From Pseudovirgaria hyperparasitica (taxonomy: Eukaryota), in assembly GCA_010093815.1 (NCBI GenBank), contig ML996578.1: 64,000 nt of DNA, one strand, 5' to 3'. A program made the translations under genes and the position numbers. How positions within the stretch are numbered: position 1 is the stretch's first letter; every line of letters begins with the position of its first letter. Positions 26,325 through 39,085 of the stretch are shown in pieces. The notes beneath the pieces are model-generated. The model ran no database searches. It saw only the letters and a list, made by a program, of their open reading frames with translations, and was not told the origin of the DNA.

Positions 26325-27629
26325 AGGCTATAAGATAGATGCGTGGCGCATGATGATACCCCTTGCTTGATTATATGGCGTACGGAGTGCCGCTACGTGC
26401 CAAACCGCATTGAGCACCGGTAGCGTAAAGCTCACATATATAGATATATTGTAATATGTTTCCGATGGCTACTGCGCACCACCGTCTGGTTCATGGCCAG
26501 CTCGATGCTGTGATGAAATGTGTATAGGCATGATGATCTCGTCGTCTCGACATGTGAAGTCTAGGTGTGAGTAGTGTAGCAAAAGAGCCTAAAGAGTAAG
26601 ACGATGAGTGAAGAGAAAGTAAAGAGAAGCGCCGTGTGTATACGGAGGATGGAGGCAGCATTGGTAGTACAGGAACCCCCAAAAAGTCAGTGCACGGACG
26701 TCCGGGCGTCAGGTCTTCTTGTTGCTCCTGGTGAAAAGACGAGTTCGCTGTCTGTCCGTTATTCCTCAACAATCTCCCGAGTACAAAACTCCAACCGACA
26801 ACCTCTTCTTCTTCTTGTTCGTCTTAGTTCTTTCTTACCTACCTATCCACCTAACGTCAACTTCTATATTTTATGCTGCTCGAAGTGTATGACACTCAGC
26901 CCTACGAGATATTGTACAAAACTAAGCACAGGCTAGGCTTGGAACGATGGGTAAGTGCCCGCTCCACCCAACCAGCCCCAGTCCCCAGCTCGCAGTTTGC
27001 AGCTCCACACAGTTCCCACCCTGCTGCCCCAATCATACACATCCCGTCCTGGCTTTTTTGTCTATTTTGCCTGTTTTTATACCTCGACGCCATCTGGTTT
27101 GGACTATAGGCCGTACGCCGCCTGATCGCAGAAGAAAGACGTGTCATAGTTGTCGACAGCAGGTGCTGATGTGGATGCTGATGGTGGCGGCTGGGTGTGC
27201 AGCCCACGCCCGGGCGGTGATGGGCACCCCCCAAAGCGACCTATATCGAGCACCGTTTTGCGGTCTTCGCGCGCCGACGTCATCCTGCAGCTCACCATCA
27301 TCGCCGGCTTCCTTTGTGTCATGAGCTGCGCACTCAGCCTCTCACAACTTGCTGGCCTATCCTCGTCCTTGCTCCACGCATCCTCTCTGCGATGATGTTG
27401 CATGCGGAGAGGCGTGCATGAACCGGTTGTGTTGCGAGCCCGCGACATTACGATTACTACTACTTCGATAATCGTTGCCTAGGATGGGCTGATCACGCTG
27501 CCTCCCTCCTTTCTCTGTTGCTCGTCTTCCTTAAACCTTCCCACTACCCCATTTCTGTCCTCCCTAGAGATCGCGCTACTTTGTCTACTGTATCTTCAGC
27601 AAGCCTTTTCCCTGCATCAAGCTAACATC

Positions 27630-28672
27630 ATGGCCGAAACAGAGGCTTTTATTGTAGGTTCTAATCATCCTGACTGGCATATGCTAGCCCCGAAGTCCGA
27701 ACCAGGCATTTGCTGGTCAAGTATGTCTTAATCCAACACAGCTGACCCATTCGTGTGTAGGAGCTAGGCTGCACGGCGCTCACTCGCGCGGCAGATAAAT
27801 ACCACGACACAGTATGGGATCGACTGCCCACCTGGAGGAAGAAACAGATCAAAGAACAAGACCGTGAAGATCGCGCCCGTGAAACCAGGACTCGCTCCCG
27901 CTCCGTACCCAACAACGATTACTACGTAGACGACGACCGCTCTCGATATCCCGAACAGAAGGGCGTGCTGGTCAGGCGTGAGGAAGTGTATCCAAAGAAT
28001 CGTGACTACAGAGAGGAAACCATGATCGAACGTGTGGGTGGCGACCGCAAATCAACATACGACACCCGTAATCGTTACGGTGACCATGGTGCCATGGTGA
28101 CAACCCGCGATTCGTATGCTGCGACTTACTACCCAGACGGAGCTCCTCCAGTAAGGCCCTCCGTTCGAACAAGACAAATGTGATCTGACAAGCCCTCGTA
28201 GAACTCTGCCATGGTACGAAATCCTCACCCAGCCGACTCCATAATCCTCGAACGCAATCGCTACCGTGCGCGCAGCCTTTCACGCAGTCGCTCGCAGTCG
28301 CGCCATCGCAGCAAGTCACGTCACCGACGATCGGGATCCCATGTCGACCATGACGATGATTCCAAGAAGCGCAAATACGGTCCTACGATTGTCGGAGCTG
28401 TTGCCGGTGGTCTTGCAGGTCGCAATCTAGGTGACGGCGATCGTTTGACTACAGTAGCTGCAGCCATCATTGGTGCTGTGGGCGCGAAACATGGATACAA
28501 GGAGTACGAGAAGCGAAAGTCAAAGAAGCACCACAAAGAAGATCGTGACTGGGAAGACGAGCATGCAGATGACTATTATGATGACGACTCGCGGGCTTCG
28601 CGTGCGCAATTCAGGGGTGGACGCGATGGACGGATCCACTTCTCCAAGAGTCCCAGCCGAAGCCGGCGATAG
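27630..28672 (+). CDS. Hypothetical R/S/D-rich protein with glycine-zipper hairpin
   Basis: Exons 27630-27653, 27761-28150, 28202-28672 join in frame; RSRS repeats followed by GAVAGGLAG..AAAIIGAVGA. 5' exon uncertain. Confidence 0.7.
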
Positions 28673-29168
28673 GAGTCTACTGGTAGCATTGGGCGGGAAG
28701 AATGGCTTTTTTTTCCTTATGCGAGGTTCATTGAGCAAGTATCGGAACACAAGCACGGCGTTATCATGACGAGCACTTTATGAACTACACAAAATATCCA
28801 CCATGCTTCTAGCACGGTCACGACCCGGTTTCGTCTACGGTTGTACCAATACGGGAATGAGTTTTAGGCATTAGCGAGCATGTAACATGACGAAATTAGC
28901 AAGTAGACTTGCACATCTCATTCATCCAAGTAATTAGTGCACGCATCTCGTATCTATCCACCGCTCTCGACCTTTCCTGACACATAAAGACCCCCATAGT
29001 CCTAGCCACTGGTATCGCGATATATACAAATCGCGACACTAACGACGTCACGCACCGCGCAGCGCGCAGTGCAGCTTTCGCTATTACTCTGGTCTTTTCT
29101 AGGTATATATATGCGTGCATATACGTTTGCATGATGGGCTGTACTTGTACCTACATCTGTATCTACTT

Positions 29169-29222
29169 CCACATCCACATCCACATCCACATCCACATCC
29201 ACATCCACATCCACATCCACAT
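29169..29222 (+). repeat. (CCACAT)9 microsatellite
   Basis: Perfect hexamer repeat between convergent genes. Confidence 0.95.
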
Positions 29223-29734
29223 CCCCACCAAGTCACGCAACAGCTCACAACTACGCCATATAACCCCTCACACAGGCACAAGTACATGTACATATGCATT
29301 CTGCCTCTCACATCTCACGTCTTCTTCTCACGTCTTCCATTCCATACATCGCATGAGATCCCACATCAAATTCCGCGTACCTAGTACCTGGTAGGTACGC
29401 AACCACGGAATGAACATGTATGCTCTTTGAGGAGAGTAGGTTAGTAGACATGAGAAGCTAGGTAAGCCGGCTGAGAACAGGTTGTATTCCATGGGTATTA
29501 GTAGATTGCGAACAAAAGTGGCCCAAGGGGAAGAGGACGCAAGTAAGTGTGGAGGGAGGGGGTGGAGGAGGCGGGGCGGAAAACGAATTGTGTACGTCAC
29601 AATACGATGATGCGGGATTTTTGCAGATGGTGAGATGAAGACGCGCTGGGTCTTGTGCTTGGTCGTGTTCGAGTATAGATACATCTATATACAGCCGTGA
29701 TAATTGCTTGCTTTCTTGCTTGCTTTTTTGCGAT

Positions 29735-29754
29735 GCGTGCGTGCGTGCGTGCGT
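29735..29754 (+). repeat. (GCGT)5 microsatellite downstream of PCF11
   Basis: gcgtgcgtgcgtgcgtgcgt. Confidence 0.85.
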
Positions 29755-29859
29755 GTGCATGTCTGTGTGTGTGACATGCAGACACATATTCCCATTGAAA
29801 CCCAAACGCCATGCTTCACTTTCCCCTCTTCCAGCCTTATCGACATCAGGAGAACAGGC

Positions 29860-32132
29860 CTATGTCCAAAGACCCCTCTTGACCTCCCCTCCACTCTCCT
29901 CCTCCGCCTTCCTCTTCCCCAAGACGCTGTCCGGCGTCGCGCTCGCCGCCCTCTGCTGAGCCTGCTGTTGCGCCATCGCCATCGCACTCATACCCTTGTT
30001 CACCTCCTCCCAACAACTCGCGTGATATACCTTGCCGCCCTTCTTAACCGCATCCATCCACACAAAGTCGTTCGCTTGCACAAGCCACTTCTTCTCGAAT
30101 CGCTCCTGGCATATTGGGCACGGGGCGTTCTGAAGCGTGATTTCGGCCGGGACACGGATGTAGCGCTCTGCAGGCTCAGGTTTGCCGCCCGTAACCCCGC
30201 CGGGGGATGTACCGGTGGGTGCTGACGGGTTCGACTCGTCGACCTCGCGGTACTCGATCCACTCGCGCTCGCCAACATACCAACTGCGGTGAACGCCGCG
30301 TTTGGCAATGTCCGGGTCTTTGACTTTGAAGTGCCAGTCCATGTGTTTCGCCTTGGCGGCGCGCCCGGCGTCCGTGGCGGGGAAACGGCGGCCGCAGGTG
30401 GAGCATTGGTTGGGGAGAGCGCCGTATAAACGGGCGATGAGGTACGGACGGGGGCTGGGAAAAGGTCAGCATCTTTACAGGGAGGTCACTACCGAGGGCT
30501 TACTGTTTGGTGATGGACGCTGTGTTGAGTTGGACATCGTTTTCGGTATTGGTCGGTACGCTAGGGACGCGTGCCATGGGTCCGCTACCGAGAAAGCCAT
30601 GTAGCGCCGTTGGCAGTTGCGGCGGTGCTGGATTGGGTGAACCACCGGTACTTAGGATGTTCTGGGATTTCAGTGCATCTAGAAGCCAGCTTGGACTCTG
30701 CCCTGGAGGAGGCAGCCCACCTTGACTTGATGGTGTTGGCAAGGGGCGGGGGTCTGGGGGTTTTGGAGTCGTTGAAGTAGATTGGGGGGCGAACTGTTGT
30801 AGCATTTGCGCCAATGACAGACTGGACGCCGAATTTGGAGCAGGTGCACTTGACACTGGCGTAGAAGTTGCTGGTGTAGCTAATGGCAAAGGGGTGAGAT
30901 GTTGAAAGGGCGGCTGCGTGACTGGGGGTGTTTGGGTCTGCGGAGTCGAGGACTGTAGCAGTTGCGCTAGGTTGATCGGGTTTGCACTGACTGCTGGCGG
31001 CGCTTGAGTTGGTTGTAGGAACTGCGACAGTGATGCCGAAGGTGGCTGTACTTGTATCTGTGGAGGAGGTTGTACTGAACCCGGTCTGTGGAAAGGTTGA
31101 GGGGCCTGATAAGCAGTATTAGGGGTTGTAGAGGGAGTCAGCGGTAGAAGCTGATCTCGTATGGCTCTCAGTTGATCATCGGATAGCTGCTGCGACTTCA
31201 ATAATGTCTGTAGATCCACGAGAGCTTTCAGCTTTGTCATCAGTTCCTGACTTTGGAAATTCTGCATCCACTCCGTTCGGGTTACTGTCACAAGCTTATC
31301 GACTTCAGAGAGAAGCTGGGCCGAGCTGATGGGCTGAATTTGTTGACTTCCATTTGCTGGAGTAGATGAGCTGTAAGGGGATGCGAATGAGATGCCGTGC
31401 TGTTGAGGCGTGATCTAGTTTGTGTCAGTCACGTGATTATCCCACCAGTCTCCTATACGTACTTGACGAACCCGAGGGTCGTGACTTTGCGGGAACGAAT
31501 TCTGTGGTGGTGTTGGTGTATTCCGCCATGGCTCGCCGGGACCGGGCCGGGCAGGAAGAGGATTCTGCATCGGTCGTTGCGTGCGTTGCTGTTGTTGCTG
31601 TTGCTGGGACTGTACTGTGATGGTTCGAATTTTTATCAACGCATTCTCGATGTCGCGGGTTATTTCAGGCGGAAAGACAGGACGTTTCTCCATAGATTCT
31701 GGTGGCGGTGCTTTCCAAGTCTGTAGCAGATTGTCCATGGCCCTTCTTGTAGTTTGAGCCATCAGGGAATATGCTTCCATGAATGTCTTGTATAGATCTC
31801 TGCTCAAGTATACAGTGTATGGAGTGCCAACAAATTTGACAATAGCATCAAGAACATACAGAGCAGGAAGTTTGAATTCAGGCCGGGTCTAATTTTTGAT
31901 CAGTTGCCTGTCTATGTGATTGAATGAAGAAGATTTGCTTTCTCGAGCAGCATTCAATTCTTACCGTCTTGATGTGATTCACAAGCTCTCGTGAAATCGC
32001 CTGGGCATGTTCGGTGTTCTCTTTCGCGATGATCATGAGATTGTTGATCTGTGCTCTATCATTGATGGTGAGGTCTTGAAGCGCATCCTTGAAGTCATCA
32101 GCGACCTCAGCTGATGTCGCAGTGTAAGACAT
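29860..32132 (-). CDS. PCF11: mRNA 3'-end processing factor Pcf11
   Basis: Exons 32132-31965, 31888-31463, 31414-30504, 30454-29860; CID domain (KLPALYVLDAIVKFVGTPY), zinc fingers QCSTCGRRF..HMDWHF and CPICQE..YHASC, HRSWY segment. Confidence 0.95.
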
Positions 32133-33193
32133 GGTGGGCTAGATATATATGGTAGTGGGGGTGATGCAGAGGCAAGAGTAGCAAAGTCGCGCTGCGTTGC
32201 AGTGAAGTATTTGGGGCACGCTGTACGTTTCGTATTGGGCAATCGAGCTGAACTCGGGCAAGTCGCTCTGCAGAGCTGACAGAGAGCCAGAACCAGACGA
32301 TGTGATAGATCTCCCTCTTTCAAACACAAGGAACAAAGGCTGTATGTATCGTTGCTAACTAGTGACTCGCAAGATAATACCCGAAGGCTTGCTTGCAGTG
32401 AGAAGACGACACGAATTGTTTTTCCTTCTTCAGCCGCCGACACCTTCACCCGCGTCTAGCCTGACGAGTTTCCTCCCAGTTGCAACCAAGTGTAAAGGAT
32501 ATCTCCTAGCTTTTGAATAGTGCAAACCGTTGCGCTTGAGTAAACCTGTGTAGTTCAAGTTGAATGGACTTGAGCATGAGATTGGGTAGAAACTTCGGGA
32601 CCTCTCAGAAAGCAAGGTACTGAGTTGTAACTAACTGTGATTAAATCAGGATAGAGTGTATTGTTGAGGTGCAGAGTGCTGTAATCAAAGTTGGTTGGTT
32701 GAGAGAATGAGAAAGCGGAGGTGAGGGAGACGACATCCTGCGTTCCGTAACTAGTACCTTTCTCGGCGCAAGGTTGTTCCTGCCGGTCGCGCGTGTGCAC
32801 GCGTCAGGGTAGCGTTAGGTCGGTACCTGGCCGGTGCTTCAATTCCAAACCGGGTGCTAGTTCATAGTGCTCCCCTCCCTTCTTCGACCAAGAAACCCGA
32901 ATAAACAACATTGTTTCTTCAGAAGACGTCACTCCTTACGTTTTCTTGCTACCCCTTTTATTGTTCACAAACACGAATCGATGCCGCATCGCAACCCGAT
33001 GCACGCCACGACCTGTTGTTGATGAGCTCGACCCCTGCTAAACACCTGCTCCATGGCTATGATACTGTTACAACATGCCTGAGAATTGCAACTACGATCC
33101 TGTAGTACAATCTTGGCGTAGTCTGGAACTGAGTAAAAGAGATTCCATTCCATTGCCCCGAGCGGAACGGATTGTCGACGAGCACCCGACACC

Positions 33194-35715
33194 ATGGAGC
33201 GACCCGCCGCACACCTCGAGAGGGCATTGCTAGAATGGGTCAATACTTGCAATATGCCTCACCGGGTCAGCAAGTGGAAAGAATTCGAAGATGGACAGCT
33301 ACTATGGAGCATCTTGGTCGATATCGACCCAGAATGGTTCAGTGGAGACTTGCCCGAAGGTTCGCCTGAGACGACTTCAAATTGGATCCCAAGATGGCAA
33401 AATCTCAAGCATATCGACCGATTGATCAGATCATACCTCACAGAGAAGTTGAACAAACTCCCGAACTATAGTAAAAATGTTACACCGGACCTGAAAGCTA
33501 TCGCAGATGGCGGCGCCCCTCCACATACCATGCAAATGCTGAAGGTGGTGGTATACATGGCTGTAATATCTCCAGTCTCGGTCCAACGACAACTTGCGCA
33601 GTTTGAGAAACTAGACAAGAATTCAAGCAGCAGTCTGATCGATATGATCAAAGATATGGACGAAAGTGATACTAAGTTGGCTGTTTCAGGGGCAGATAGA
33701 GATGCCACTTCCGACATAGGTACACCAGCGTCACGACCAGCATCGCGGAACGAACTGGGCGATAATCGCGAGCCGATTGAGCGAGACCGTGAACTCGAAT
33801 ATGAAGAAAATCTCATCCAGGCGAAACGTCGTGCACGGGGTTTGGAGGATCAGGTACATAATCTTGAACGAGAGCTTATGGAGTCACGTACATTAATCGC
33901 GAACCTGGAGGAGCAAGTGAATGACACACGATTCTCCGTGGAACGTGAAATCGAGGAGAAACGCGCGAAAGAAAGACTAGAACAGTTGAGCAGAAAGGAG
34001 ATGAGCGACCGGAATCTAATAGCCGACCTCGAAACAGAACTAAATGAGGCAAGAGGCCAGTTAGAAAGCCAGAAGCGACAGATCGACCGACTAAACAAGG
34101 ACGCGGAGTCCAAGCAGGAACTCAGAGATGAGATTCAGATGCTGAAAGTTGAGCGAGATGAGTTAGGACAGAAAACCAAAGCCAATGAAAATTTGAAAAA
34201 GAAGATTCAATCCTTGCAGGACATTGAAAGAAAATACCAATCATTACTGCAAGATTCAGAAGAAAGTCGGACGCGGTTGGATGAGTTTGACAAGCTCCAG
34301 AAACGATGTGATGGCTTGTCCCAGGCAAATAACGAGAACGGCCGCATGATTCAGAATTTGGAACAGCAACTACTTACATCCGAGGAAAGACGGAGAATAT
34401 TACAACAGGAAAAGAGATTTTGGGACCAAGAAACAGAGGAGAAGAAAGAGCTATATCAACGCCAAGTGGAGGAGAACGAGGAACTAAAAGCTCAGATCCG
34501 TGACATGCATGCAGGGGCCGCTACCCAACCCCTGTCTTCTAATCTGGACGATGAATTGGCCGGTCATGACGATTCGGAAGTACAGCCAGACACAGGCAAA
34601 GTCGACCTTAGCGATGAGGATAGTCCAGGAATATTCGTCTTGAAGCAAAAATTGCAACAGGCTGAGGAGCAAAATGAAAGACTAAAGGAGCGTTGGCTCA
34701 AGAGTGTGGAAGACAACCAGGGACTTCTCAATACTATAGAAAAGCAAAAGGATGTAGAGAACTCTGATCCATATGTCAAGCAACGGAATCAATTGTTATC
34801 AGTAGAAGGACAGCTTGAGTCACTACGATCAGACCAAATGGCTGCTGGGGTCGAAAATGCAGAGCTTCGTGACAAGCTTTCGAAGAACATTGGTATGTTA
34901 AATGGTATCTCCAATCGAGCACGACTAACTCTTGCAGGTGCCGATGCAACAGGCGAAGCTCTCGATGCTGCCACTCAAGAAAGATTTGATGCTGTACAGT
35001 GCAATCTAGACAAGACAATCGAGGAATACAAAGCAGTCAAACAACATTATGATAGCGCCGTTGCAGATTTGCATGACACCAAAGGATTGCTACACGCGGT
35101 CATTGCTCTCAAGGCTGATGATGAAAGCCTGACCGAGTCGGAAATAGCCCGCATTCTCGGGGATGAACTAGAAGCGATAGATTCTGCCTCTAAAGAAGAG
35201 AGGAAAATACTACGACAGGGCTTTGTGAATAAGGTAGCGTCACAGCTGCAGGGTAGTCGGGAGAGAGTTGAAAAGGTTAACAAGGTATGTGTGAGATCTG
35301 CCTTGTTATTGATGCAGAGTTCCATTTGGACTCCTTTGTCCAACCCATCGTCTTTGTCCACTTCTGACTGACACGTTTTTTTTTGCAGCGACTCGAAGAA
35401 GCAAGTACGTCATGGGATACCATGAAGAAAGAGCTGGAGCAAGCAAAGAAAGACAACGGAGTGAAGTCCAGCGTAAGTTCAGGTTCCCGATCATCAGTTG
35501 CCAAATCACTTATCGTGTTTTTTTTACAGGACGCCGCACGGCAAGAGCTCGAGAATCTCCAGCGCGAGAACAAGCTCATGACCAGTGCTTGGTACAGCAT
35601 CACCACACGCTTGCAAAGCAACACAGTGGTCTTGGCACGACGTACGGAGGCCCCCAAAAGCTGGATCCGAAGACAGCAAGCTGTTGTAGGCGGTGTGCAT
35701 ACGCCGCGGCGGTAG
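33194..35715 (+). CDS. hookA: Hook-family dynein/early-endosome adaptor
   Basis: N-terminal Hook domain (ALLEWVN..DGQLLWSILVDIDP..WIPRWQNLKHI), long coiled coil, C-terminal RENKLMTSAWY..PKSWIRRQ; introns 34893-34937, 35285-35388, 35473-35529. Confidence 0.88.
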
Positions 35716-36366
35716 TGTGCATATACAAGTGTTCTATGGTTGATATACGTACTCTTTCTACGTTCGTGTTGCTGCTGCGTGGTGGTCGGATATGCGGCAT
35801 TAGTTTTATACCCTTTTCTTCTTTCTTAGACGGTGACGACGACATTGAAGAGAGCAATGGATGGGCGCGCGGCAAGACATCCTTGGCAGGGGCGTGTGTA
35901 TATATTGGTAAAGAATAATGAACGAGGAAGTGTGATGTGCGTCCGATCTCGGGCATATACAGCTGTTCCTACAATTGTTCCCTCATATCGATACCTTCAG
36001 TGTAGCGAACTCCACTTTGCTTCGGAACGATTACCCTGTCTATACATGCATAGAACGTTTTTAAGGCTTCGCTTGTAAACATACTATAGTTGGACAGAGA
36101 GTGCGTAGTGCGCTGCGTGATGGGACTAGCTTGGTAAGTAAGACCCTTGCTCCTACAAGTTGCTTTTAAGAGGTGGCTCATGGCTCGTGCGCCTAGACGC
36201 GCTCCACCCCAAACAGTATCGGATGTAGGCGAGCAACAACAACTCGTCCTCTGGTCAAGCAACTACCTGTCACTCACCTTGCACAACTGCTACGCTCTTT
36301 TGCCCTCACGCGACTCCTTTGTGATCCTGTCGCGACGGATATCAAGTCAATCAGGCGCAAGTCGCA

Positions 36367-39085
36367 ATGCCTCCCAAAGCGCGCCAAAATAACTATTTTG
36401 GGGAGGGCCAAGGAAGGTAGGAGTGGACAGTAATCACATACAACGCGTTGTACTGATCGATGACTCAGGAAAACGGGCATTACGCTCCCAGATACCGGTA
36501 TACGCGACGAGTATGGCATTGAGACAGCTGACATATTCTCTTCACCGGAGAAGTCTGAGGTCATGGTTACTAGCGAGCGGCGCGAAGATGGGACACTCGT
36601 AACATCAGAGTCGATGGAGCTTCAGCAAAGTACGCAAGCTCGCACCCCACGCGTTTACGGCGCGTATTGGACATGGAATTCTAAATCATGCTGCATAGGT
36701 TCAATGCCGGATCCCACCGAAGCACTGTCTGTACGTCAAGTTCTGACCACAAAGCGAACGGCCCTCCCACCCAAATCGCGATCGCCAATCAAAACTGCAC
36801 TCGGCTCTTCACCTCGTCGGCAGTCCTCCATGGGTCCCCCTGCTCGGTCTCAACCAAACTCACATCATGCTGTAAGGCGAAAGTTGGATTTCAACGACTC
36901 ACAAGAGGGTATTTCGACGTCAAGCCCAGAGGCTATTAATGGAGTTGTCGGAGACGACTTGTACGATCTTCCGGGATCACCAACAGAGGCGAATGGACAA
37001 GAACACACAAACCAAGATCTAGAAGAAGTTGAAGCCCTTCCTGAGCTTGAAGATGCTACGGAGCAGCAGTCAACAGCAGAGGAGGCAGAGAATTCGTCCG
37101 AAGAACATGAAGAAATGCCACCAGAAATGCCATCTTCACCGCCGAAGAAGAGAGGTCGGAAGAGGAAACTGGTTGTTGAGGAAGCTGAAGCTGAATCGGA
37201 GGGCCGTGCGACTAAAAATGCCCGCCGTGGCGCTAGAAAGCCCGTAGTTGAGAAAATTGCGCCCACAAAATCTAAGAGGACAACGCGTTCATCATTAAAT
37301 TCTTCTCAGGTACAGGAGGACAGTATAGCACTCGCACCGGAACCAGTGCCTGCAACGGAGGAAAGTCCAGTCGAAGAAACACCACGATCGTCCCCAGCTA
37401 GGAAAAGAGCGGTTAAAGGTAAGGTTAAAACCGGGCCAACCAGAAAGGCCCGAGAACCAAGCGTCGTCGTCGAAGAAGAGCCCAGTATTGCGAAATCAAA
37501 GAATCGCGGAAGGCCCAAGCGAGATGTTGCCATTCCTCGTGAAGAATCAGGAACATCTATGCCTCCCCCTCAGCTTAAGAGCAGAGGCCGTCTACCCAAA
37601 GAACGGGATCCGAATGCAAAGACCACTGCCCGAAAGGCTCCTCGTGGCCGTAGTGAGTCCAAAGCGCCTACGGAGATGTCCATGATGTCAGGTCGTACAA
37701 CCCAAAGCACAATGAGCAACGTTCGACAGTATGTCGTTGTACCTAAGCCGGGTGCCGATGATTGGGGACGGTCACGAGCTGGACGGGCATTGAGAAGGCC
37801 ACTGGCTGGTTGGCGTGGTGAAAAAGATACTTTCGACCACCAAGGTAATCTCATTGAGTCAGTATTGACCGAAGACGTGACTCCAGTCAAACTAGACCGT
37901 CGTCGAGGCAATAAAAAGAAAAATCGACAAAGTACAATCTTTGAGGAACCCGAGATCGAGGAGCTTGAGGAGTGGGAGCAAGATCCAGGTGTTCTGTCTG
38001 GGATTGTGAACGTATGGGACAATGATATTGAGCATACGACTGGGGAGAAGGAGGAAGGTAAGATCGGCAGGAATCCTAGACTCGACTTGAATGTTCACTG
38101 ACTGCTGACTGACAGAGCTTGCATATGCTGCACCCTCTATTCAAACTCAACAGGTTAATGGCGCAGAGTTCAAATACACGCGCATTTGCGGAGTTCGTTT
38201 CTTCAACGCTGGAATGGTAGACCTTCCTCCATATTCAGAGAAGAAACGTAAGAATTCCCGGCGCATGTACATGATCTTCTACGTTCTACGGGGGCAGGTA
38301 CAAGTGACGGTAGGAGATAATCCAGAGTTCTCAATTCACAGCGGGGGTGTATGGCAAGTTCCGAGAGGTAAGCTATATTCTGTTCCTTTCCCGGTATCAT
38401 CTATCCCGTCGCACGCGTTTGCAGTTCCCGTTCGTCGGAGACAGTTTCAAGTGTCTGTCAAGGACAAGCGAGCATCATCAAAGGCCATCATCTCAACCAG
38501 CCTATGTGGGCGAAGTATGACAGCAGATGTACTTTGTCTTATCGCCAATGGATCAGGATTGCATCGTACTACGGCAGTCAATTTATACTTCAGCGTGAGC
38601 AACGCAGCACAAGGCTGAAGAGGGGCATCCACCTGTGGTCTCATCCATCCACGGCTACACAATCGAATTACTCTCGGCGGGTCTCACAGGCCGATCAGTG
38701 GTATCCTAGATCTCCAGCACCTGGTGGGCTTTAATGGTACCGAGACAGGGCTCGCATAGTTCGTGTTTGTGGTTTCGGTAGCACGACCTGGGTGGTACAG
38801 TGACACAGTGCATCATTTGTCAAAGCGACTTCAAGCCTGTAGCGCCGGAGCCCTATGATTCGGACACCGACTTCTGCCACATGGTTGTGTCACGCTCCGG
38901 CTTTTCTCTACGGATCTCGTTGTCTTACGTTCTCTTCGTTTGTGTTTCGATCAGTTGCGAATACAAATGCTGACATGCGCTTCTATGTAGGGAATTTATA
39001 CTCAATCAAAAACAGCGAGAGCCAAGAAGCGAAGATCTTCTTCTCGCAGGCTTGTCGCACACGCCCCGATGAGGAGGAAGAATAG
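36367..39085 (+). CDS. MIF2: Inner kinetochore protein Mif2/CENP-C
   Basis: N-terminal GRKTGITLPDTGIRDEYGIE..FSSPEK, CENP-C motif RSRAGRALRRPLAGWRGEK, C-terminal cupin (GMVDLPP..KNSRRM..WQVPRG|NLYSIKN..AKIFFSQ); introns 36417-36468, 36630-36698, 38058-38116, 38368-38990. Confidence 0.92.

Noticed and set aside
29002..29394. ORFs with HP/HI/DV/CG dipeptide repeats
   Set aside because: Translations of the (CCACAT)9 microsatellite.
11342..36698. Five stop-free in-frame introns (11342-11389, 16317-16370, 34893-34937, 35473-35529, 36630-36698)
   Set aside because: Each has normal splice signals, and about this many are expected by chance among the short introns here; no evidence of regulated retention.
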